NCBI GenBank assembly: GCA_965645245.1
Contig: OZ287085.1
Location: 62,001-126,000 of the forward strand
Direction: 5' to 3'
DNA: 64,000 bases
Source: Massalongia carnosa
Lineage: Eukaryota
Each line of letters begins with the position of its first letter. Position 1 is the stretch's first letter. The notes beneath the pieces are model-generated. The model worked only from the letters and a program-made list of their open reading frames with translations, did not search any database and was not told where the DNA came from. Below are positions 46,811 to 57,367 of the stretch, piece after piece. The position numbers and the translations under genes were made by a program.

Positions 46811-47380
46811 CCACGCGGGGTGAAAAAATAACTGTCACAGTGCAGAGGTTTACCCCTGTTAAGCCCTATCAAAAATATCAACAAATTTACATCAACAATT
46901 CATTTAATAGTTCACATCATGCCTCCCAAATCGTATAATACTCACTACGATACACCTCAGAAGGCCAAATTCAGGGAGCCTATCAGTATCTTCTTTCCAA
47001 AGGTATTCCTGTTGATCCGATGGATATTTTCAAAGAATTCGGTGTAGAGGCGAAATCGGGTTATCGAATGATCGAGAGAGGCGCTTCTTCACGAACTCGA
47101 CGTCATTCTGATTTAAATGAGACTCGAGGTCGAAAATTAAAAGTAACGGGCGTGCAAGTACGAGAAGCTGATCATATTTTATAAGATAATGAGCTACGAT
47201 TAGAGGGAAAAAGACTCACATAGGATCAGTTAGCTATGGAGGTGAGGGCTGACGTTGTTTGTCCAAATATGCGAAATGTTTTTCAGTCGGCCCTCGATTA
47301 CGAAAAATGCATGGCCTGTGTGAAAGGATGGCTCAGTGATCCACACACGGACCGCAGAGTAGAGTACTCGAAGGTTATGT
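46811..47380 (+). mobile_element. Transposase 5' relic related to the 41388-41803 element
   Basis: CCACGCGGGGTGAAAAAA end motif. Broken ORF from 46919: MPPKSYNTHYDTPQKAK..ETRGRKLK..LDYEKCMACVKGW (Tc1-like N-terminus). Confidence 0.65.
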
Positions 47381-48059
47381 TCTTTGGATTGACAATAGAG
47401 ACAGTCCACTTAGCCTTATCGGAGGCCGGCTTTACAATAGGCCGGCCCCCTGAATCCTAATGCGGTAAGGTGGTTAAGGAGGTGTTTGCTATAGCAAACA
47501 ATCTGGTCAATAAGGTCCTCGGGAGGACCCCCTCGAACTTCCTTCCTTCTAGATAGCATCAATATAATCACCTTTCAAAGCCTTCAGTCTGCTACTAAGC
47601 CTCAAAGGGCAACGGCAGCGCGAAGTATGCACGGCGCTTATGTAATGACGATGCACTACTGTTGATGTTTGGGCTAGGAGCCTAACGTTCATTTAAGAAT
47701 GGATCAAATCTCTGCAGATAGTAAACAATGAACTATCCCTTCTAAATATTCGTATCATGCACCAGGTTGATCTATTAAGCTCCAAAAACTACTACAAGTG
47801 CTTTGCCCGCGAGACATTCCATCTTCCTTCTCTAGTGATTAATCTTACTATCAAATGCAATGGATATCTGCGTGTACTGAATCTCACATTGCCTTATAAT
47901 CCTTTGGGCTGCTATGTCATGAGCAACCCTGACGCCATTTTGTCAACGCTTGAAGTCATCATGAAGGAACCAATAAGCCAGTCCTATCCTGACAACTGAC
48001 GCAAGCTTTAGTATCGAAGCACTGTGCTATAGTCCTCTTATTCGCTATTCATTGTTTAA

Positions 48060-48370
48060 CGATGATGCATGGCCTTCATGCTCACCAGATCTCAACATAA
48101 TCGAGAATATTTGGATGATAATCAAGCAACGAATTGGAAGTTATGAAAATGTCATCATCACTCTGAATGACATGAAGAAAGCCGTTCAGCACGAATGAAA
48201 CGAGGCAAAACAGGAGGAAATTGATAATTTGATAACTACAATGCCTTCTCGTACAAAGCAATGTAAAGACAGAGAATAGAAATGAAGAAAATATCTGTGT
48301 TTTGTTGATGTTCTGTGACTGTTTTTCGAAATTAGGGGGGGGGGACGGACCAATGTCGCCCAACCTTGTA
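48060..48370 (+). pseudogene. Tc1 transposase C-terminal relic
   Basis: Reads WPSCSPDLNIIENIWMIIKQRI from ~48070. Confidence 0.65.
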
Positions 48371-48544
48371 TTATAATAGTCCACCTCGGCGCGAACAACA
48401 ACTTTGACATTGTTGTTCCAGTTACCCAACAATAAGCCCGGTAGAAGGAGTCCGCCGTCAATGACTTCAAGCAATCTTTAAAATCGTTCTATTCTCATAT
48501 GATCAACGGCACCATTGTTTTCTGAACTGCAGTAGATTTTGCAT

Positions 48545-50392
48545 TTAACCGTCTCGTTGACGATGCTCGTTCAAGGACACGCCAAACACTCCATCCAACG
48601 ACGGACGCTGACGTTTCACTGGCGAACGACTCCGAAGCCGTTTGCTCGTGCTTTTGGCGATCGTCCCAATCATACCCCGCAAATGTCCTTCTTCCCAGAA
48701 TCGAAAGACTTGCATCGTTTGATGATACTTGCTGGTTTTGCCTGCAGAGAAACCACGAAATCAGTGCCATGGAAAAGAATACGATCAACGAAACATGTAC
48801 TTACAGTGCAGCCTCTCCAGCTCCATCAACGCTTCCTCGATTCGTTCGTTTGTCCATCCTGATGCGGTGAGAACGATGGCTAGATAATTGTACCCCTTCG
48901 CATATGGCAAACCTTCGTGGCTTCCGGGAATGTCAAAGAGGGGTTTGGATACGACCATATGATAAATTTCAGAGTATCGGAGTTTCCCTTCGGCTTTGAT
49001 GATACGTGCTCGGTGTTTGTCAATGTCGCAAGCGCTACAGGCGAGGAATTCGATTCCCAGACGGTTCTTGTATCGAGTGGCTTGGCTCGTAATGGATATC
49101 ATGCGATATCTCAAGGCTCCGGCAAGGTTCTCAAGCTCAAGGGATGACAAATGTTTTCCCCTTAGGATTTCTCGACAGTCTCTGTGAACCCGATGGTTCT
49201 TGGCCACACAGTCTTCGCCCGGGTTGCTGTTGAGGTATTCCACAGCCAAGCGTTTCAAACGATGATTGGCCTCCGAGGCTGACAGGGTGAGGGTATCTGA
49301 AAACCGAACCGAACCATGCTGACTCAGATTGGTGGAAGATCCACCCTTTACGGTCATTCTCAAAGCTTCCCATTTCTGCTGATACGCCGTCAGGGAAAAC
49401 CCGGTTCGAGCTCTCCATTCAACGCCCCATATGTCGTCCTTTGCGGCGAATGATATTTCGTTGTTTTCCCGCACATCGACTTCCTCCACCAATGTGTCAT
49501 GGATCGCAGCCACCAATGCTGCAAATGTCGGTGAGGTCAAAGCTTCATGACCTTCATTCGTGAGTAAATCGAGCCCCTGGATTTCGGTTTTGATCAAGGC
49601 CTGCGCAACCCCCGTTGCATAACGCGAACCGCAGCATCTACCCATCGAATCACTTACGGGCCATGATAGCAATTCCGTCTCTTCATCGACTCCTGCGAGT
49701 GTAGTGATGTTGAGACATGGGCTTTGCACCCAGCCGCCTCCGTAACAAGCGGTAGTCATCAAGGTAACATTAGGATTCGAGTTATGACGCAGCAATGCTT
49801 CTTGAAACTTCTCTATCGTCAAAATATCGCAGTTTTCGGGAATTCCCTTTCCTCCAACGGTGATCGAGTAGCTTAAGACTGTGCCGTGGCCAAATATCAT
49901 GATAAGTATGGGCGTACTAGTACTTTTAACTTCTTTGCTGGCGTCTGCGACGTACGAGAGAAACCTTTCCAACAAATCTTTTTCTTTGAATACCAGTACA
50001 TCTTCAACGGCTGCCATCATGCTTTCATCCAGCACCACTCTTCTGTTGCTTGTTCTCGGATCGCCGTGCGAGAATTCTTTGTACTTTTTGATGAGTTGCA
50101 TTGGATTCACGCAGGTCATCCAATGCTGCTCTCGGGCAGTTCCTTGCAACATATGATGAAATAAGAAAAAATCGGAGAAAAACCAGCCGTCGCATGTTGG
50201 ACTTGCATTGTCGAGGTAGTCATTGGGACCACAAACCGCAATGACTATGGTGTCTACGGTGACGATAGGTGGACACTTGGAGTAAAAAACACGGCCTTGC
50301 AGGCCCCCAAACGGCTCACTAGAGTTTTGTCCTATGCCACCGTACTTGGCAGGCTCGACCAGCTCATTTGATACTGTGCCTAGGTACGCCAT
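48545..50392 (-). CDS. Uncharacterised protein, putative clan-CD (caspase/legumain-fold) cysteine peptidase
   Basis: Long ORF with ILIMIFGHG and LMTTACYGG. Intron 48742-48804 (GTAAGT..CTGAT..CAG); last exon ends at TAA 48545-48547. Confidence 0.6.
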
Positions 50393-51414
50393 TGTTTGGA
50401 GCCGGCAAATGAAGAGGGTTTACAATGTGGCGAGGTGGGAGATTGAGGAGAAGATTTTGGCACGATTCGAATGGTTTTTGGAAAGCTAGGGCTCTTAAAG
50501 ATGATGAGACGAGATATGAGCACAGGCTTGATGAATGAAAGGATGCGGAAGCTGAAGCAGGTATGAGATTGCTTGAGCAGATGGGATCAAGAGTAGGCAC
50601 GAATGTAGAGGTTTCTGATGGTGGGTCTCTTGCATGTGAAAAGGAGTTACTGTTACTTGAAAACTGATTAACATATGACAAGGTGCGAACTCTACCATGT
50701 GAAAGCAGTCGCGATTCCTTCGCCACCAACCCGATAAGGGAGGAGCCACTTGTTGTACCGTACCACCAGTCTTGATTCGCTACCCTGTACAGCAAAAACC
50801 TCAACTCACAATATTACTCCAAGCGTTTATAATTCTTGATTGATTTTTTTTAAAGATTATCTCATTTCATCTCGAGCAATTTCATTTATGAATCAGTCAG
50901 AGTTTCTTCCTGCAGCACTCTAGACAAAAGCTCTTTTCACTCTGCACGCCAATTTGATTTCGCAGATGTTACACTTCTCTTAATCAATCACTAGTTCGGC
51001 TATGCTGAGAGCTAGTGCGTCGTTAATCGAGACAGCTCCCGCTTTGATTTCGGCACCGCATGGATCTCTCGGACGGCATAGATGTCTCAGCACCATAAGG
51101 ATGTCTCAGCACGGCATAGAGATCTTAGCACCGCATCGATCCTTCGGACGACAGTTAGGTTTCGGATTTGTGTATGCCTTGCTATGGGCCGCGTTGATGG
51201 GGCATACTGGGATGGTAGAGTAGGACAAGGAGAATAGGAAGAAGATATATAAAGAGGAGGTCCCAGACGGTATCCCTCATCATCTCACATCTCAAGACAA
51301 TCAAAAAGCATAGCATTTTGATAGCACTGTTTGCAACGTTTTCTTTTCACCCAATTCAAATTTATACAACCACTACACTTAAATTTACTCTATTCAAATC
51401 CCTCTCCTCCAAAA

Positions 51415-52569
51415 ATGGCCACCCGCATCTCCAACAGAATCACCAAGCCTACCTCCCGCACACAAGGCAGCACTCTAGCCCGTACTAGAACTAGAGCTAG
51501 GGCAAATCTAGCCAACTCCAACCCAGACGTCGAAGTACCCGACTCACAAGACAGCACGGCAACCCTTCAAAGCCATCCTCAACCTTCTCCTCTTCCATCT
51601 TCAGCGTTTAATTCCTCCTCACAAGGGCCTGTTATACCGGAAACCCGTTCTCGCACCCCTGATGACATTATTGAACTTAGAGCACAACGCGAAATGTCCC
51701 GCAGGGAAGCCGAGGAAAGAGAAAGAGTAAGTCTTAGGCGGGATATCGAAACCCAACAAGCACGTGCCCGAGACGTGGTCCCTGGGCCAGTAGCCTCAGC
51801 TCAACAGCCTTCCCTATTATTTCCGACATCATTTCCACCGCATCGACCAAACTCATTGTATACAGAAGGTATGGATCCTCGTTTTGTTTCTCTTATGAAC
51901 GAATATCCCACTATCAAGCCCATATGGATAAAGCAAATCTCCGAGAATACGTTTGACCCAATCAACATTACCAAGCTATGTACCGACATCGACGGAGTTC
52001 AAACCAACTCTAGATACGTCAAACTCGGAGAAGGTCTGGAAATCGCCACGAGAGAAGAAGATGGCTCCTTAAAAGATATCAAAGGGATAGTTCATTTGAT
52101 ACGATGTCTCGGGGTATATTGGATGATACTACTACACTTTGCACACCCCGGTCTCCAGATAAACCTGATGAGAGCCTTCATGGCTTATCAGGACCATCTT
52201 CTATCATTATACGCCTTCTACACCTGGGACTCGGTTCGCATCTTTCATTTGAATTTCCACAAATCTCGAGCCTTTCGCGGGATTGACAACCCGGATGGAT
52301 GGAAAGAAATGGACCATTCCTTGGAAAGGCATCTTGTGCGGAAACCGTCCGCTTACTTTGCAAAACCGGACGATAATTCTACGGCTTTCAAAACCTCAGG
52401 CGAAAAGATTATCTGTAAGAAATACAACTATGGCAAAGACTGTCCCGTATATTGTAGATTCCAACATGTGTGTGAGAAATGTGGAAAGCAACATCGGGCG
52501 ATGGACTGTACAAATGGAAAAAATCAACCCTCTAACCCAAATTCGATGCCTCTCCCATCAAGGCAATGA
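51415..52569 (+). CDS. gag: Ngaro-3 Gag-like ORF1
   Basis: ATG 51415 (MATRISNRITKP); FDPINITKLC; C-terminal zinc fingers. Confidence 0.87.
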   Translation: MATRISNRITKPTSRTQGSTLARTRTRARANLANSNPDVEVPDSQDSTATLQSHPQPSPLPSSAFNSSSQGPVIPETRSRTPDDIIELRAQREMSRREAEERERVSLRRDIETQQARARDVVPGPVASAQQPSLLFPTSFPPHRPNSLYTEGMDPRFVSLMNEYPTIKPIWIKQISENTFDPINITKLCTDIDGVQTNSRYVKLGEGLEIATREEDGSLKDIKGIVHLIRCLGVYWMILLHFAHPGLQINLMRAFMAYQDHLLSLYAFYTWDSVRIFHLNFHKSRAFRGIDNPDGWKEMDHSLERHLVRKPSAYFAKPDDNSTAFKTSGEKIICKKYNYGKDCPVYCRFQHVCEKCGKQHRAMDCTNGKNQPSNPNSMPLPSRQ

Positions 52570-54186
52570 CTAACCGCCCCATTCTTATCCATCGCGGAGT
52601 CCTTTCCATACACCTTGACGGACAATCTAACAAAGATCCCACCGGGCCCATTGAAGAAAGAAGGCTGGGAGAAACATTTGGCCAATCACCCGGATCGCAC
52701 TTACACACAAACAATTATCGATATCATCACCTACGGTGCCAAAGTTGGTTATACAGGACCACATCAACTCATTATTAGCGATAATCTTGCCTCTGCAAAT
52801 GAGGCACCGGAAGTTCTTACCAATGACCTCGAAGAACAAATAGCTAGTAATCGGTTGGAGAAAGTCAACAACATTCCTTCTTGCTTTATATGTTCCCCAT
52901 TAGGCCTTGTACCAAAGGCTAACGGTGGTTGGCGGCGAATCCATCATCTATCGTATCCGGAGAGTAGCTCAGTCAACGACCACATACCGGAAGACTGGGG
53001 CTCCCTGGAATATACCAGCTTCGACGAAGCCATTAGGTTGATTGAGCAACGCGGGCCAGGGTGTATTCTTATTAAAAGAGACTTTGCGGACGCTTTTCGC
53101 CACATACCAGTAGCAAAAAGCGATTGGTGGTTACTAGGTTTCAAGTGGCAGGATTCCTTTTGGATGGATAAATACTTACCCTTTGGGCTGAGAACGTCGC
53201 CGTTCCTTTTTGATCTGTTCGCGAAGGGTATCAACTGGATATTGTACAACTGTGGTTGGAAAGACGCTATTCATTACTTGGATGATTTTTTAATAATAGT
53301 CAGCACCGGACCAGATGCTGAAAAGTTTGATCAAGTTTTCCACAACATTTGTAAAGATCTTGGCATGAAAATCAAGCTCGAAAAGAACAGAACTGGAACG
53401 ACTTGCGATTTCCTCGGCATTGAAATCGATACCGCGCTCATGGAAGCACGCTTGCCTTCCGAAAAGTTACTAAAAGCAAAGACCCTAGTATCGGCAGCTT
53501 TGAATAAAAAAGCCATACCCAGGAAGGAACTCGACTCTCTTCTAGGATTCTTATGCTTTGCAGCCAGAGTGGTAAAACCAGGAAGAGCCTTTCTACGCCG
53601 TCTTTTCAATGCTACGGCAAGCGTAACCTCTAAACTAATCCATCTTAACAAGGACATGAGGGCTGATCTTCTATGGTGGCATCATTTCCTACCTAAATGG
53701 AATGGCATACATCTGCTCAACCGTACTAGACATACTATGAGAATATGGACAGATGCGTCCGGCTCATATGGTATGGGCGGCTTTATCCTCAGCGAGGATC
53801 AAAATTTGCATAATATACAAGCAGCCCGGCAGGCTTTTAGCACACGCTTTACTACGCGCCTTAGGGCAAAGCATATCAACGTCAAAGAAATGACAGCAAT
53901 TCTTCAAGCTATGAAAAAGTGGCTACCTATATGCAAGGGTGGTCATTTAATCCTCTATTGTGATAGCTACGCTGTCACGAAAGGAGTGAATAAAACCTCT
54001 ATACGAGGCCAAGCAATGCATGCCCTGCGGGCAATTACAATGCTAGCTGCATTACATGATATCCAGATAGAAGCGCGATGGATATCATCCAAAGAAAATT
54101 ATATTGCTGATCTCTTGTCTAGAGGACTTTTGAAGAAACTGGCTGACAAAATCCCTCAGTTTCAGGCTCTACCCTCAGCAATATAG
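52570..54186 (+). CDS. Ngaro-3 RT/RNase H (in frame with gag after TGA)
   Basis: LPFGLRTSP, YLDD, WTDASG and ADLLSR motifs; uninterrupted. Confidence 0.94.
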   Translation, partial: LTAPFLSIAESFPYTLTDNLTKIPPGPLKKEGWEKHLANHPDRTYTQTIIDIITYGAKVGYTGPHQLIISDNLASANEAPEVLTNDLEEQIASNRLEKVNNIPSCFICSPLGLVPKANGGWRRIHHLSYPESSSVNDHIPEDWGSLEYTSFDEAIRLIEQRGPGCILIKRDFADAFRHIPVAKSDWWLLGFKWQDSFWMDKYLPFGLRTSPFLFDLFAKGINWILYNCGWKDAIHYLDDFLIIVSTGPDAEKFDQVFHNICKDLGMKIKLEKNRTGTTCDFLGIEIDTALMEARLPSEKLLKAKTLVSAALNKKAIPRKELDSLLGFLCFAARVVKPGRAFLRRLFNATASVTSKLIHLNKDMRADLLWWHHFLPKWNGIHLLNRTRHTMRIWTDASGSYGMGGFILSEDQNLHNIQAARQAFSTRFTTRLRAKHINVKEMTAILQAMKKWLPICKGGHLILYCDSYAVTKGVNKTSIRGQAMHALRAITMLAALHDIQIEARWISSKENYIADLLSRGLLKKLADKIPQFQALPSAI

Positions 54187-55202
54187 GACGCGATCCACCC
54201 CCATCTTGGTACAGTGAGGTACCTCTAGACGAAATCGCAGCACGATACCTCTGGTGGGGCCTGGCCACTAAGACAAGATCTTTATACACAACGGCAAGAA
54301 AGGGATACGTTCTTTACTGTAGGGTAAACCTCAACGCGCCACCATTTCCAGCCAACATCCGGACGCTGTCTTCGTGGATCGCAGCGTTGGGTGAACGACG
54401 CCTGCAACCAAAAACTATTAAGAGCTACTTGACGGGCATAAGATCATGCCAGATAGATATGGGCCTCGGTAATCTCGACGTATTTCATCACCCGGTGTTA
54501 GATCGCATCCTTACTGGCATAAAGCGAAAGAACGGTGAAGCCGAGAAACGTGAAAGGTTACCAATTACTAGAGAGATCTTAATCAAATTGCTAAGTCGTC
54601 TTGATCAAACGAAAGAGAAAGGCGCAAATTTACATGCGGCGTACTGCTTAGCGTTTGCAGGCTTCTTACGAGCCGGAGAATTTACTTACACAACGCAAGA
54701 TGTACTAGACCCAAGCTTTGATCAATGGCACCTCACCAGAAAATCTATTAGGTTCGAAGCAGATCACCTACAGCTCTCTCTACCAGTCTCCAAAACCGAT
54801 CCCTTTCGCCGAGGCATAACACTGACAATTGCGGCTACCAACGATGTTGCTTGTGCACTAGCTTCTCTTACAAATTTATATAGGCGATTCCCAAGTTCTC
54901 CGGCCGCACCACTCTTTAAAAACGGTCAGTCCTTCACTCGAGACTACATTACAACAGCGATGAAATCCACCTTAAGGAACTTGGGCTATATAGGAAATTT
55001 CTCTGGCCACTCGTTCAGAAGAGGTGCGGCAACAACAGCGCGACGGGCAGGACTCACCGAAGACGAGATTCAGATGCTAGGAAGATGGAAGTCAGACGCA
55101 TACAAGCTTTACATACAAACCCACCCCACTTACCTTCTTAACGCCTCAAAACGCCTTCAAACATTACCCACGGAACCTCACAATCCAGTCACTAGGTCCT
55201 GA
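54166..55202 (+). CDS. Ngaro-3 tyrosine recombinase (probably a spliced exon; no upstream ATG)
   Basis: Frame open from 54166 (RDPPPSWYSEVPL..YLWWG); FLRAGE, HSFRRGAAT and GRWKSDAYKLY motifs. Confidence 0.93.
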
Positions 55203-55931
55203 ACAACACCGCAAGCGGGTCGTTCCATGTTGGGGATTGGGAGTCTGTTCACAGCCCAAGGCCTGCGAGAGGGTCTTACATTAGTAGACAGCAAGGCCCT
55301 TATCGAGTCCCCCTCTCGAGGCCGGGGGCTGTGAGCAATAGCCCAAACATACTTAGTAGCAATATAACGAGATTGACACGAACTAGCTAGTTCGGCTATG
55401 CTGAGAGCTAGTGCGTCGTTAATCGAGACAGCTCCCGCTTTGATTTCGGCACCGCATGGATCTCTCGGACGGCATAGATGTCTCAGCACCATAAGGATGT
55501 CTCAGCACGGCATAGAGATCTTAGCACCGCATCGATCCTTCGGACGACAGTTAGGTTTCGGATTTGTGTATGCCTTGCTATGGGCCGCGTTGATGGGGCA
55601 TACTGGGATGGTAGAGTAGGACAAGGAGAATAGGAAGAAGATATATAAAGAGGAGGTCCCAGACGGTATCCCTCATCATCTCACATCTCAAGACAATCAA
55701 AAAGCATAGCATTTTGATAGCACTGTTTGCAACGTTTTCTTTCCCACCCACCCACTCCAGTTCTTCTGTCGCTTAGATAGAGGGAGTCTGTTCACAGCCC
55801 AAGGCCTGCGAGAGGGTCTTACATTAGTAGACAGCAAGGCCCTTATCGAGTCCCCCTCTCGAGGCCGGGGGCTGTGAGCAATAGCCCAAACATACTTAGT
55901 AGCAATATAACGAGATTGACACGAACTAGCT

Positions 55932-56344
55932 GTGAAGTATTTGTAGACAAATATCGACCGCTCCGGAATCGTGTCTTGAGCTAAGCGGAGATAAGTGCAG
56001 TTGCGCAGGCCGTGGTACATATCCTGAAAATACTTGAAATCAGACTGGGAGACGTCTTTCAATAAAAGTTTCTGGTTTCCAGCGGTAGGTCGACGGAGGC
56101 TAGCAAGTTAAATAGCGTCAGTCGTCGAGTTTCAGGAGCACGCACATAGCAAGACAGACGCGGCGCGGCGGATTTCATTTCTCTTGGAGGACTCGCTGGA
56201 TGACTGGCCGACCGGCTCCGTGGACGTAGACGCGATCTTCTGTTGGGTATGGTCTATTACTGGTGTCATTCTACTATTCGGACGACGAAGTCGGATGAAA
56301 GGGCTTGTAGCTTTAGCAAACCGAACGTTGAAATTGAGCCACAC
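55932..56344 (-). pseudogene. Possible N-terminal fragment of a fungal protein kinase-like gene
   Basis: LLKDVSQSDFKYFQDMY..LRLAQDTIPERSIFVYKYFT resembles kinase N-lobe segments; no catalytic motifs present. Confidence 0.35.
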
Positions 56345-57367
56345 CTAAGTACGTTCTGTTTTGCTAGAGGCGAGAAGGAGCGTGATAGGCGATAAAAGGT
56401 CTAAATTGGACGAAGTGTACGTATAGTAGTCAGAACAATCTCTCAATCGCCCTATCTCAAGCCCTCCGATAGCGCTAGATGTGACTGTTTTGTGACTGCT
56501 ATATAAAGCAGACAAATAGCCCACATAGATAATCACCTTCAATGACAATCATGCTACGGAGTACTATACCTACAAATTGAATTTATATTTCATACATCCT
56601 CCCGTGGACGGTTAGGTTGCTCCGACAATGACGGCGCTAGCTGCCCCCCCAGGGCGCGTGGTGCTTGAAGAATCTTTGACTTGACACATACTGAAAGCAC
56701 GACTCCTGCAATATAAATATCTAAGGTCCTCCATACCCCTTTATGCAATAGAAATTATAAAGAAACACTAAGATATATTAATACATGTATTACTGAATGA
56801 TATACTTAATAATATCTACTAGCGACGGGTACCTGGCGTTACCTCACCGGCCTGCCTATGTGGCTGGCATCGACAAACTCCAGAACATGTAATTATGTTC
56901 TGTAGACTTATCAATAACAGAGGACAGATGTTTTGTGCCGCTGGCACGAACAATTATCAACAGCTGACCGAAACATCAAAAACTCTAAAGATATTAACTG
57001 CTTGGCTCATGAAAACAGGTCTACTTACTCAATTCTCACTGGCATCCACACTGTTGTACAATCAACAGTAGTTTCACTTCTCTTTTTCTTCTCATCTCAC
57101 AAGGCGTCACAGTCCTCACACGCTTTTCGCTCTGCGTTTCCTGTCCGGCGTTGACCCGGTGTCAGATCGGACAGGTATCAATGGACATGGTTTTTACACC
57201 TGAAAAGGTTTTCCATGTAACATAACTTAGATAGCTTTGCCCGCATGGGCCGGCCTACGGCCGGTGTCATATCGGAGTATGAATACATCATCATACTTAA
57301 TAATCGCTAGGACTAGTTCTAACATAAAGGTTCAAGGGATCTTACAAAACAAACTCGAAATTTAAAG

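Larger units (their letters stand above)
50991..55931 (+). mobile_element. Ngaro YR retrotransposon 3, intact, A1-ORFs-B1-A2-B2
   Basis: A1 50991-51346 = A2 55387-55742 (356 bp); B1 55239-55388 = B2 55782-55931 (150 bp). CT core at both ends. Confidence 0.96.

Noticed and set aside
50940..50990. Continuation of the kinase-like fragment on the far side of Ngaro-3
   Set aside because: The joined frame hits a stop within 4 codons and shows no kinase motifs.
51002..51223. Duplicated short ORFs (51002/55398; 21495/25785; 20106/29085)
   Set aside because: By-products of A repeats or of the duplicated pseudogene.
57157..57276. Short direct repeat CCGGTGTCA(G/T)ATCGGA with small hairpins between
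   Set aside because: Too short, and no TSD or family assignment could be supported.
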